Origin: Bacillota bacterium
GTDB taxonomy: Bacteria > Bacillota > Clostridia > Peptostreptococcales > Anaerovoracaceae
Assembly: GCA_030536235.1 (NCBI GenBank)
Contig: JAUNQK010000004.1
Span: forward strand, 1-36,468
Direction: 5' to 3'
DNA: 36,468 bases
A program made the translations under genes and the position numbers. The notes under the pieces were generated by a model, which was not told the origin of the DNA, did no database searches, and worked only from the letters and a program-made list of their open reading frames with translations. Below, in pieces: positions 1-7,628 of the stretch; the stretch's first letter is position 1; each line of letters starts with the position of its first letter.

Positions 1-91
1 TTTAAAGCAGAATAGAAGGAGCAACCAAAAACTCCACAAAAACTTGACACCGCCACACCCAATTTCACTTGTTTTCATTGTTTTCTCATCG

Positions 92-100
92 TGGTATACT
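92..100 (+). promoter_or_regulatory. extended -10 box (TGgTATACT) 6 nt upstream of the ATG at 107
   Basis: TG at 92-93 and TATACT at 95-100, then cttctt, then ATG at 107. There is no purine-rich SD between them. Weak -35-like ttttca lies at 72-77 (17-nt spacer). Confidence 0.3.
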
Positions 101-106
101 CTTCTT

Positions 107-1189
107 ATGGAAAATTTAAGAAGATCAAAACCGAAAAAGAAAATAGGAAAATTCATTGGTAGAACATTACTTGTAATATTTACCACAATACTTGCAGTTG
201 TTTTAGCACTACTCCTTATTGTAGCAGTAATTATTAAGGGCCCATCACCAGCAGCACGTACAACTTTTGTTACTACAGTACTTGAATCTGGTAATTTTAA
301 ATTTATGGCGTCGGTGTTCTTAAGTGATGAAGAAATCCAAGAAATCGTTAATTCAACATCTATGGGAGAAATGGATGCAGATATTGATTCCGGCCTTATT
401 GATACCGAATCAGAAGTAGAAGGTAATTTTGATGAAAACGGAATCGAAATTTCTGAGGTTAATGGAAGAGGCTTCCATGCAACCATGATGGTAGTAAAAG
501 ACCCATCGAAGGTTCGAGTTGGCAGCACTTATCCATGGACAGAATATGGAAAAGAACTCGATAAGATTTGCAACGAAGCAGGTGCCATTGCAGGTGTTAA
601 TGGAGGATTATATCAAGCTGATGCAAATAAGGGTGGAAAACCTTACGGTGTTTGCGTAGTTAATGGCGAGATTCAGTGCAATGATCCTTCTGGCTGGAAA
701 GGGCTTTATCTTATTGGTTTAGATAATAATAATATTTTAAGAATTGAAAGCGTTGATGGTTGGACAAAACAGCAGCTCGAGGACTATGTTAAGACAGAAG
801 GTATTCGTGATGCAGTTGCATTCCAAGATGAAGCATCAGATTCAAATAATCACTTTGTTCCGCTCGTAATTAACGGTGAAGCTCGTGAACTTAAAGGTGC
901 TGGTTCTGGCGCAAACCCAAGAACAGCAATCGGGCAAAGAGCAGATGGGGCAATTCTTCTTCTTGTAACTGATGGCAGAGGCTCTGCAGGGCATTTAGGG
1001 GCTACAGCTTCTGATTTAATTAACGTTATGATGCAATATGGTGCGGTTAATGCTGCTAACCTCGATGGAGGAAGTTCATCTTGCATGTACTACAAAGATC
1101 AATACTTAATGACAAGTGTTACTCTTTACTATGCAAATGCATCTTGGAGACTTCCGACAGCCTTCGTAGTAATGGGAGGTGACAAGTAA
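107..1189 (+). CDS. phosphodiester glycosidase (NAGPA/DUF2233-like) family protein with N-terminal TM anchor
   Basis: C-terminal motifs NPRTAIGQRADG...LLLVTDGR...AANLDGGSSS and GVNGGLY are typical of the family. The basic N-terminus is followed by one hydrophobic helix. Start moved from TTG 44 to ATG 107 (MENLRRSKPKKK...). Confidence 0.8.
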   Translation: MENLRRSKPKKKIGKFIGRTLLVIFTTILAVVLALLLIVAVIIKGPSPAARTTFVTTVLESGNFKFMASVFLSDEEIQEIVNSTSMGEMDADIDSGLIDTESEVEGNFDENGIEISEVNGRGFHATMMVVKDPSKVRVGSTYPWTEYGKELDKICNEAGAIAGVNGGLYQADANKGGKPYGVCVVNGEIQCNDPSGWKGLYLIGLDNNNILRIESVDGWTKQQLEDYVKTEGIRDAVAFQDEASDSNNHFVPLVINGEARELKGAGSGANPRTAIGQRADGAILLLVTDGRGSAGHLGATASDLINVMMQYGAVNAANLDGGSSSCMYYKDQYLMTSVTLYYANASWRLPTAFVVMGGDK

Positions 1190-2364
1190 TGACCAGAATG
1201 GAAAGACACACAGTTAAAAAGCCATTATTCTGGAAGGTGTATCTTGTTTATCTTCTTGTTATCGCTTTAGCATTTGTTGGCATATTTATTTATGTTCGCG
1301 GCATCATGACTCAATATGAAAATAACAGCCCTGAAAATTATGTAGTATGGCTTGCTAAAGATGCATCAGAAAATTCAGAACTTGGAAAATATTTAGAAGA
1401 ACATAATTTTAGCGATAAACGTTTTGGCAATGCTGAAACCAGAAAAGCTGATTTCTACGATACAATTAAAAATGCAGAATTAAAATCAATCGCTGCTAAG
1501 GGTTCGTACGATTCAATTTCCCCTGTATATGATGTAACAGCTGATGGAAAACCATTTATGACAATTGGTATTAGCGAGCAGGGAAACACAACCAAGCTTG
1601 GCATTATGACTTTGTCTGATTGGAAAATTGATTACTGTATTTTGAGAAATGGCTATTTCGAAGATAGTATTAAGCTTGGCGAAGATGGCAAGCTTGATTA
1701 TACAATTAAGCTTCCTGAAAATTACACTCTTATGATTGATAATGAAGAGGCTAATATTGAATCAAGTGGCTTGGCAGAGCTTGCAGAATTTGAATATATT
1801 TATCCATTTGCTAAGGCTCCGCAAGCTAAGGTTTATGAATTAAATGATGTCGAGTACGAGCCATATGTTACTGCTTCAAGAGGTGGTGAAGATGTTCTCG
1901 GCTTTGAAAAGCAAACCGATGGAAGCTATTCAGTTCTCCCAGAATTTTCACCAAGTATAGAGGCTAAAGAATTATGTGATAGCGTTTGCAATCCATTAGA
2001 AATCGGTAAAACTTGGTCGAAGTTTATGACCGACGATGTAGAAGGCCCAAGCCATGGTCTTAATACTGTTATTGCGCAGTGCAGAATATTAAAGGGAACA
2101 AACCTTTACGATATGGCAAACAAATGGGCACATAACGTTGACATTACCTTTGTTAGCGGGCATACAATTACTTCTTGGACTAACGAAAGTGTAACAAATC
2201 ATATTAAGTACAATGATAATTTATTCTCATGTGATGTGTCATTTGATAAGAACATGAATCTTGCCAGAGGCGCCGGAAAACGAACAGATGAATTTAGAAA
2301 TAGAATGTTCTTTGGCAATGTAAACGGGGCTTGGTACCTACTTGATATGATGACTTTAGAATAA
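1189..2364 (+). CDS. hypothetical membrane-anchored extracytoplasmic protein, translationally coupled to the glycosidase
   Basis: TAATG stop/start overlap at 1187-1191, with GGGAGGTG SD at 1172-1179. One N-terminal TM helix (LVYLLVIALAFVGIFIYV). No family motif recognised. Confidence 0.6.
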   Translation: MTRMERHTVKKPLFWKVYLVYLLVIALAFVGIFIYVRGIMTQYENNSPENYVVWLAKDASENSELGKYLEEHNFSDKRFGNAETRKADFYDTIKNAELKSIAAKGSYDSISPVYDVTADGKPFMTIGISEQGNTTKLGIMTLSDWKIDYCILRNGYFEDSIKLGEDGKLDYTIKLPENYTLMIDNEEANIESSGLAELAEFEYIYPFAKAPQAKVYELNDVEYEPYVTASRGGEDVLGFEKQTDGSYSVLPEFSPSIEAKELCDSVCNPLEIGKTWSKFMTDDVEGPSHGLNTVIAQCRILKGTNLYDMANKWAHNVDITFVSGHTITSWTNESVTNHIKYNDNLFSCDVSFDKNMNLARGAGKRTDEFRNRMFFGNVNGAWYLLDMMTLE

Positions 2365-2373
2365 TAAAAAATA

Positions 2374-2443
2374 GATTGCTTCGCTGCGCTCGCAATGACA
2401 TTTGAACAGTTGTCATTGCGAGGGCTGAAAGCCCGAAGCAATC
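2374..2443. repeat. complete palindromic repeat unit ([16 protein letters not shown]-type), likely acting as a bidirectional terminator
   Basis: Left arm GATTGCTTCGCTGCGCTCGCAATGACA (2374-2400), 10-nt loop, right arm TGTCATTGCGAGGGCTGAAAGCCCGAAGCAATC (2411-2443), followed by TTTTATTTT. It lies between convergent genes. The left arm recurs at 34952 and 35027. Confidence 0.85.
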
Positions 2444-2450
2444 TTTTATT

Positions 2451-2870
2451 TTACAAATCTTCTTCAGTTAAAACTTTAAAGCCTGCTTTTTTTAGATATT
2501 CACTTGCAATTCCGTCGCCAGGAATTTTATTTCCTGTGAAGGTGCCATCGTAAATCTTTCCGCATCCGCAAGCAGGGCTTCCCGATTTCATAATGCAATA
2601 ATCAACTTTGCAAAGCTTGGCGAGATTAACTACTGTGTTAGCCCCGAGAGTATATTCTTTAGTAACATCTATACCATCATCTCTTAACACTTTATCAGCG
2701 ACTCTTTCTGATGGATGTCTCGGGGTTGGCAGCCCGCCTAATTGTTCAGGGCAAACCGGAATGAGAGTGTTATCTTTTGCAAGCTCAAGAACTTTTTCTG
2801 AAGTTTTAAGAGCTGCGTCATATCTGCAGGTGCAACCTACTAAGCAGCCACTAACCAAAATATTTGCCAT
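2451..2870 (-). CDS. DUF523 domain protein (TudS-like thiouracil desulfurase family)
   Basis: ILVSGCLVGCTCRYD..., VCPEQLGGLPTPRHPSE and GSPACGCG Cys motifs are typical of DUF523. Start placed at MANILVS (ATG 2870), just after the pyrR stop at 2872-2874. Confidence 0.75.
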   Translation of the reverse strand: MANILVSGCLVGCTCRYDAALKTSEKVLELAKDNTLIPVCPEQLGGLPTPRHPSERVADKVLRDDGIDVTKEYTLGANTVVNLAKLCKVDYCIMKSGSPACGCGKIYDGTFTGNKIPGDGIASEYLKKAGFKVLTEEDL

Positions 2871-2871
2871 A

Positions 2872-3414
2872 TTAATCTTCCTTATCAAATAATTCTACAT
2901 TTGTTGTGCCATCAATTTCTGAGAAATTCACCTTGATTAATTCTTTTTGTGATGTTGGAACATTTTTACCAACATAATCTGGTCTAATCGGTAATTCTCT
3001 GTGACCGCGATCAATTAAAACTGCAAGGCCAATTTTGCTTGGTCTTCCTTGAGAGAAAATTGCTTCGATTGCAGCTCGTGCGGTTCTTCCTGTATATAGA
3101 ACATCATCTACAATGATAATTTCTTTGCCATTAATATCTATTCCGAAGTTGCAGCTATTTACTTCTGGCAAATCGCTCATCTTTGTTAGGTCGTCTCTAT
3201 AAAAGGTGATGTCTAATTCGCAAAGCTCTGGTTTATAACCAATATTCTTATGAATATTATCTGCCAGAATTTTTGCCATAGGAATACCTCTTGTTTTGAT
3301 ACCAACAAGAATTACATTTTCTATATTTTGACTTTTTTCAACTATCTCAAAGGACAGTCTTGTGAGGGCGCGTTTTACAGCCAGCTCATCCATTAATTGT
3401 ACTTTTTTCTTCAT
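2872..3414 (-). CDS. pyrR: bifunctional pyr operon regulator / uracil phosphoribosyltransferase PyrR
   Basis: MKKKVQLMDELAVKRALTRLSFEIVEK..., PRPP loop IIIVDDVLYTGRTARAA, LIDRGHRELPIRPDYVGKN. Start at ATG 3414, i.e. Met25 of the track ORF. Confidence 0.85.
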   Translation of the reverse strand: MKKKVQLMDELAVKRALTRLSFEIVEKSQNIENVILVGIKTRGIPMAKILADNIHKNIGYKPELCELDITFYRDDLTKMSDLPEVNSCNFGIDINGKEIIIVDDVLYTGRTARAAIEAIFSQGRPSKIGLAVLIDRGHRELPIRPDYVGKNVPTSQKELIKVNFSEIDGTTNVELFDKED

Positions 3415-3420
3415 ACTTAT

Positions 3421-3449
3421 ATTGTAATTGCCTTTAGCATTTTTTACAA
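3421..3449 (-). promoter_or_regulatory. candidate pyrR promoter (TTGTAA-17-TACAAT) ending 6 nt before the ATG
   Basis: Minus strand reads TTGTAA (3449-3444), a 17-nt spacer, TACAAT (3426-3421), ataagt, then ATG (3414). No SD in between. Confidence 0.4.
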
Positions 3450-3456
3450 GTATACT
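3428..3456 (+). promoter_or_regulatory. candidate upp promoter (TTGCCT-17-TATACT)
   Basis: TTGCCT 3428-3433, 17-nt spacer, TATACT 3451-3456. Downstream SD GAGGT lies about 6 nt before ATG 3485. It overlaps the divergent pyrR promoter. Confidence 0.35.
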
Positions 3457-3484
3457 AATCTTATAGAAAGATTGAGGTAATGAC

Positions 3485-4144
3485 ATGGAAGATTTCTTAA
3501 AAAATGTAACAATATTTGATCATCCGCTTATTCAACACAAGGTAAGCCATCTTTGCAATGTAAACACAGGTTCAAAGGAATTCTGCGAATTAGTAAATGA
3601 ATTGGCTATGCTGATGGGTTATGAAGCTTTAAAAGATTTGACACTTAAAGACGTAGAAGTTCAGGCTCCTCTTCAGAAGATTACAACTCCTGTTGTAGCC
3701 GAAGATTTCACAATCGTTCCTATTTTAAGAGCTGGCCTTGGTATGGTTGATGGGCTTCGCAGCCTACTTCCAACATGCAGAATTGGCCACGTTGGAATGT
3801 TTAGAGACGAGGAAACTCTGCAACCTGTCCCTTATTATTTCAAATTGCCTGTAGATGTGGCTGACGGACAGGTTATTATTGTAGACCCAGCTTTAGCTAC
3901 CGGTGTAAGTGCAAATGCTGCAATTCAGTCTATTAAGGATGCTGGATGCAAGAGAATTAAATTTATGTGCATTTTCGGGGCAAAACAGGGGTTGGAGCTT
4001 ATTTATAAGAATCATCCAGATGTTCAAGTTTATGTAGCAAGATATTCCGACCAGCCTCTTAATGAAAAAGGCTATATTTTAACTGCTGCCGGAGACGCAG
4101 GCGATCGTGTATGCGGAACATGCAGTTATAAACCACAAAAATAA
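3485..4144 (+). CDS. upp: uracil phosphoribosyltransferase
   Basis: VTIFDHPLIQHKVSHL, ILRAGLGMVDG, PRPP loop VIIVDPALATGVSA, YILTAAGDAGDR. Canonical Upp along the whole length. Confidence 0.9.
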   Translation: MEDFLKNVTIFDHPLIQHKVSHLCNVNTGSKEFCELVNELAMLMGYEALKDLTLKDVEVQAPLQKITTPVVAEDFTIVPILRAGLGMVDGLRSLLPTCRIGHVGMFRDEETLQPVPYYFKLPVDVADGQVIIVDPALATGVSANAAIQSIKDAGCKRIKFMCIFGAKQGLELIYKNHPDVQVYVARYSDQPLNEKGYILTAAGDAGDRVCGTCSYKPQK

Positions 4145-4181
4145 TAGTAATTGTCAAAAAATAGCAATATATAGATGCTTA

Positions 4182-4210
4182 TTGACTGAAACGCCTATAA
4201 GTGATACTAT
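4182..4210 (+). promoter_or_regulatory. candidate promoter of the uracil permease leader (TTGACT-17-TACTAT with upstream TG)
   Basis: TTGACT 4182-4187, 17-nt spacer, TGaTACTAT 4202-4210. Confidence 0.45.
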
Positions 4211-4234
4211 ATTTTGTAGCAAAATACATTAAAT

Positions 4235-4331
4235 CTTTAATCCAATACAGAGAGATTGGCAAGGTGGTTATGTACTATTCTTTTGATGAAGATTAATACC
4301 TTGTCATATTATGTGGCAAGGTATTTTTATG
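4235..4331 (+). promoter_or_regulatory. PyrR-type transcription attenuator (binding hairpin, antiterminator, terminator)
   Basis: Hairpin CCAAT(4242-46)/ATTGG(4255-59) has loop ACAGAGAG, resembling the PyrR-binding UCCAGAGAGG-type loop. GGCAAGGT occurs twice (4258-65 and 4315-22), and both copies are complementary to ACCTTGTC (4298-4305). These are mutually exclusive antiterminator and terminator pairings. Confidence 0.6.
4296..4331 (+). terminator. intrinsic terminator of the attenuator
   Basis: 10-bp stem ATACCTTGTC / GGCAAGGTAT with a 9-nt loop, followed by TTTTTAT. Confidence 0.65.
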
Positions 4332-4380
4332 TGTTTTGTGAGCAATTATAACAATTTCTATTTTAAAGGAGAAAAGAGAA

Positions 4381-5808
4381 ATGAAACTTATTTATGATGT
4401 TCACGAAAAACCAAAGGGAAAGGAAAACTTACTCTTCGCTTTCCAACAGATGATTGCTATCATGGCAGCTACACTGCTTGTTCCAATCATCATGACAAGT
4501 AATGGTCTTCCATCAGACCCAGCTGCAGCATTATTTGGTGCTGGTCTTGGTACACTTGTTTACTTATTATTCACAAAATTCAGCAGCCCAGTATTCCTTG
4601 GAAGTACATTCACATTCCTTGGTGCATACGCAGCATCCATTGGCTATGGCTATGGTTACTGGGGCGTAATCATCGGTGTTGGCTTTGCAGCACTTGTATA
4701 TGTAATCTTCGCAATTGTAATTAAGGCTTCTGGTTCAGCTTGGGTTAACAAGCTTATGCCAGCAGTAATTGCAGGCCCAATTGTAACACTCATCGGGCTT
4801 TCACTTTCCGGCACAGCAACAAGCTGGATGCAGACAAATGGTGGAGAAACTTACAGCTTAGTAACAATTCTTGTTGGTCTTATCACATTCTTTGCTATTG
4901 TTTATTCAACAGTAAAGGGTAGCAAGAATATGAAGCTGTTCCCATTCATTTATGGTATTGGAGCAGGTTACATTATTGCTTTAGTTCTTACACTTATCGG
5001 AAATGCTGCAAATATTCCTGTACTTCAGATTTTAAGCTTCGATTCATTCAAGGCTGCATTTTCACCATTTACATTTAAATCAATCGTAGATATTCCTAAG
5101 CTTTATATCATTCAGGCTGTAAAGACTCAGGGCCAGTATGAACCAATTACAGCAACAGCACTTGCAAACATTGCTCTTATCTATGCGCCAATTGCAGTTG
5201 TAGAACTTGCACAGCATGTTGGTGATCACAAGAACCTTAGCAACATTATTGGTAAAGACCTTATTACAGACCCAGGTCTTGATAAGACACTCCTTGGCGA
5301 TGGTATTGGATCACTCGTTGGTACAATCTTTGGTTCATGCGCTAACACAACATACGGCGAATCAATCGGTTGCGTTGCTATTACAGGAAACGCTTCCTCA
5401 CATACAATTAAGACAGCAGCATTTGGTTGCATGATTCTTTCATTCTTCACACCATTCGTTGCTCTTATCAACTCAATTCCTAAGTGTGTAATGGGTGGCG
5501 CTTGCGTAGCACTTTATGGTCTTATTGCTGTATCAGGTCTCCAGCTTCTCTCAAGAGTTGACCTCGGCGATAACAGAAACCTCTATGTAGTAAGTGCAAT
5601 TCTTGTTTGCGGTATTGGCGGTTTAGCATTGAACTTTGGCCATAACTCAGCAACAGGTGGTTCTTTAATCTCACTCACATCTCTTGCAGCTGCTTTAATC
5701 GTAGGTATTATTACAAGAAAGATTACAGGTGCAAAAGACGATACATTATCTTCTGATACTTTATCCGGAGCAGTAGAAGGAATGAAAAACGTAGACATGG
5801 ATAAATAG
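4381..5808 (+). CDS. pyrP: uracil permease (NCS2 / uracil-xanthine permease family)
   Basis: Polytopic membrane protein with NCS2-like segments (FQQMIAIMAATLLVP, NTTYGESIG). Good SD AAGGAGAAAAG upstream. Preceded by the PyrR attenuator and adjacent to upp and pyrR. Confidence 0.8.
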   Translation: MKLIYDVHEKPKGKENLLFAFQQMIAIMAATLLVPIIMTSNGLPSDPAAALFGAGLGTLVYLLFTKFSSPVFLGSTFTFLGAYAASIGYGYGYWGVIIGVGFAALVYVIFAIVIKASGSAWVNKLMPAVIAGPIVTLIGLSLSGTATSWMQTNGGETYSLVTILVGLITFFAIVYSTVKGSKNMKLFPFIYGIGAGYIIALVLTLIGNAANIPVLQILSFDSFKAAFSPFTFKSIVDIPKLYIIQAVKTQGQYEPITATALANIALIYAPIAVVELAQHVGDHKNLSNIIGKDLITDPGLDKTLLGDGIGSLVGTIFGSCANTTYGESIGCVAITGNASSHTIKTAAFGCMILSFFTPFVALINSIPKCVMGGACVALYGLIAVSGLQLLSRVDLGDNRNLYVVSAILVCGIGGLALNFGHNSATGGSLISLTSLAAALIVGIITRKITGAKDDTLSSDTLSGAVEGMKNVDMDK

Positions 5809-5822
5809 TTTCATCTAAAAAA

Positions 5823-5854
5823 TAGCCTCGACTTAAAAAGTCGGGGCTATTTAT
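5823..5854 (+). terminator. intrinsic terminator after the permease gene
   Basis: 11-bp stem TAGCCTCGACT / AGTCGGGGCTA (one G-U pair), loop TAAAA, then TTTAT. Confidence 0.7.
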
Positions 5855-5855
5855 A

Positions 5856-5864
5856 TGTTATAAT
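5856..5864 (+). promoter_or_regulatory. extended -10 box (TGTTATAAT) 9 nt upstream of the ATG at 5874
   Basis: TGTTATAAT, then atttatatc, then ATG. No SD. Confidence 0.35.
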
Positions 5865-5873
5865 ATTTATATC

Positions 5874-6527
5874 ATGGAAAAGCCAATAATTACCAAAGAA
5901 TGTGCCAAGGCACTTTCTGAGACAAAATTCTTAAATACTTATGATTTACAATATGCTGAAGGGGCACATTATTATATTGCCACAAGGCGTAATGTTGATA
6001 ATTTGACTGCGACAAAAAGCATAGAAGAACAAGATCATATGCTTCCAGATGCAGTCACTTGTTTTATTATAATAAAACAGAAGGGCGAAGAAGATTGTCT
6101 TCTTCTTCAATATGAATATAGATTCCCAATTGGACAGTATGTATTATGCCCACCTGCCGGAATAATAGACGCGGCAGATTGCGAAGGTGGTAATCCACTT
6201 ATCACAGCAACCATTAGGGAAATAAAAGAAGAAACCGGGTTAGATGTTAAGGATACAGATAAGATTTATGTTTTAAATGATTTGCTCTTTAGCACACCGG
6301 GGTTTACCGATGAATGTAACGCACTGGTTGTGGCAGAAATTGAACTAGACGATTTATCACAATTAAGCCATGAATATGCAGAAGCTACAGAATTATTTGG
6401 TGACTTCTTGCTGGTAACCAAAAAAGATGCGAAAAATATATTAAAGCGTGGAAGAGACCCAAAAGGGCACCATATTCCACTTTATGCATATGCAGCATTA
6501 AGTTATTTTGTTCTTAAAGAGGAATAG
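5874..6527 (+). CDS. NUDIX hydrolase (ADP-ribose pyrophosphatase-like)
   Basis: Nudix box core REIKEETGL preceded by PPAGIID...E. Confidence 0.8.
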   Translation: MEKPIITKECAKALSETKFLNTYDLQYAEGAHYYIATRRNVDNLTATKSIEEQDHMLPDAVTCFIIIKQKGEEDCLLLQYEYRFPIGQYVLCPPAGIIDAADCEGGNPLITATIREIKEETGLDVKDTDKIYVLNDLLFSTPGFTDECNALVVAEIELDDLSQLSHEYAEATELFGDFLLVTKKDAKNILKRGRDPKGHHIPLYAYAALSYFVLKEE

Positions 6528-6530
6528 AAT

Positions 6531-7628
6531 ATGAAAGTAGTTTTAGAACACTTAACAAAAAGATTTCCAAACAGAAATAAAAAGCAGGGTGGCTTCGTTA
6601 CAGCAGTTAGCGATGTAAATCTTGAATTGCCAGATGGAAAGCTGGTTGGTCTTCTTGGGCCATCGGGCTGTGGAAAGAGTACAATGCTAAACATGATTTG
6701 TGGTCTCGAAGATGCCACCGAAGGAAAAATTTATTTTGATCAAGAAGATGTAACAAATATTCCGCCTGAAAAACGCGGAGTAGGTATGGTATTTCAAAAC
6801 TATGCTTTGTATCCACATCTTACTGTAAGACAAAATATCATTTTCCCTCTTCAGAATTTAAAAGGTGATGCCAAGCTTAGCAAAGAAGAAATGAATGCTA
6901 AGGCAGAAGAGGTTGCAAAGCTTGTTCAAATAGAAGAATATATGGAAAGAAAACCAAGTGAACTTTCTGGTGGTCAGCAGCAGAGAGTTGCTATAGCAAG
7001 ATCACTTGTTAAGATGCCAAGAGTTCTTCTTTTAGATGAACCACTCTCCAATCTTGATGCAAGACTTCGTCTTCAAACAAGAGAAGAAATAAAACGAATT
7101 CAGGTAAAAACAGGCATTACAACAATCTTTGTTACTCACGACCAAGAAGAAGCAATGAGCATTACCGATGTAATGGTTGTAATGAAAGATGGTGTTATTC
7201 ATCAAGTTGGAAAACCTCAAGAAATTTATGATAATCCAATTAATCTTTTCGTTGCAAAGTTTCTTGGTACTCCGGCAATTAATGTTTTTGATGGAGAGGT
7301 TAAAAACGGAAAGCTTTATATCGGAGAAGATTGCATAAAAGATATAAAAGGTATTTCAGAGCAAAAGGTATACGTTGGTATTAGGCCTGAAGGTTTCCTT
7401 ATTAATGATGCCGGAACTTTCCATTGCAGATTAAAAGGCGTAGAAGTAATGGGCCGCGATGTGAATGTTGTCTTTACAAACCCAAATCATGACGGTTATT
7501 GCAGAGCTATTATTCATAACGATTATGCAGGTTCGGCTAATAAGAAAGACATTTGCTTCGATTTAAAAGATAACAAGATATTAATTTTCTCAAAAGAAAA
7601 CGAGAAACGTTTATATGAAGAAGAATAA
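6531..7628 (+). CDS. ABC transporter ATP-binding protein (MalK/UgpC/MsmX-type, carbohydrate importer)
   Basis: Walker A GPSGCGKST, signature LSGGQQQRVAIARSL, Walker B LLLDEPLSNLD, and a C-terminal MalK-like regulatory domain. Confidence 0.9.
   Translation: MKVVLEHLTKRFPNRNKKQGGFVTAVSDVNLELPDGKLVGLLGPSGCGKSTMLNMICGLEDATEGKIYFDQEDVTNIPPEKRGVGMVFQNYALYPHLTVRQNIIFPLQNLKGDAKLSKEEMNAKAEEVAKLVQIEEYMERKPSELSGGQQQRVAIARSLVKMPRVLLLDEPLSNLDARLRLQTREEIKRIQVKTGITTIFVTHDQEEAMSITDVMVVMKDGVIHQVGKPQEIYDNPINLFVAKFLGTPAINVFDGEVKNGKLYIGEDCIKDIKGISEQKVYVGIRPEGFLINDAGTFHCRLKGVEVMGRDVNVVFTNPNHDGYCRAIIHNDYAGSANKKDICFDLKDNKILIFSKENEKRLYEEE

Noticed and set aside
44-100. TTGACA at 44-49 as the -35 box for the first gene
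   Set aside because: The spacing to the only good -10 (TATACT 95-100) is 45 nt. No -10-like hexamer lies 16-19 nt downstream of it.
44-106. TTG start at 44 extending the glycosidase ORF by 21 codons (MTPPHPISLVFIVFSSWYTLL)
   Set aside because: No SD at a suitable distance, and the extension is not like a signal or anchor. ATG 107 gives a typical basic N-terminus plus TM helix. The stretch looks like promoter DNA (extended -10 at 92-100).
2871-2888. Longer DUF523 start (MIRKIN...) overlapping the pyrR 3' end
   Set aside because: DUF523 proteins normally start a few residues before the (I/V)LVS.CL motif. ATG 2870 fits and sits just after the pyrR stop. The longer form remains possible.
3415-3486. 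24-codon N-terminal extension of pyrR whose ATG (3486-3484) interlocks with the upp ATG (3485-3487) in a CATG palindrome
   Set aside because: The extension (MSLPQSFYKISILVKNAKGNYNIS) has no counterpart in PyrR proteins. It covers AT-rich promoter-like sequence. MKKKVQLMDE aligns with the canonical PyrR N-terminus.
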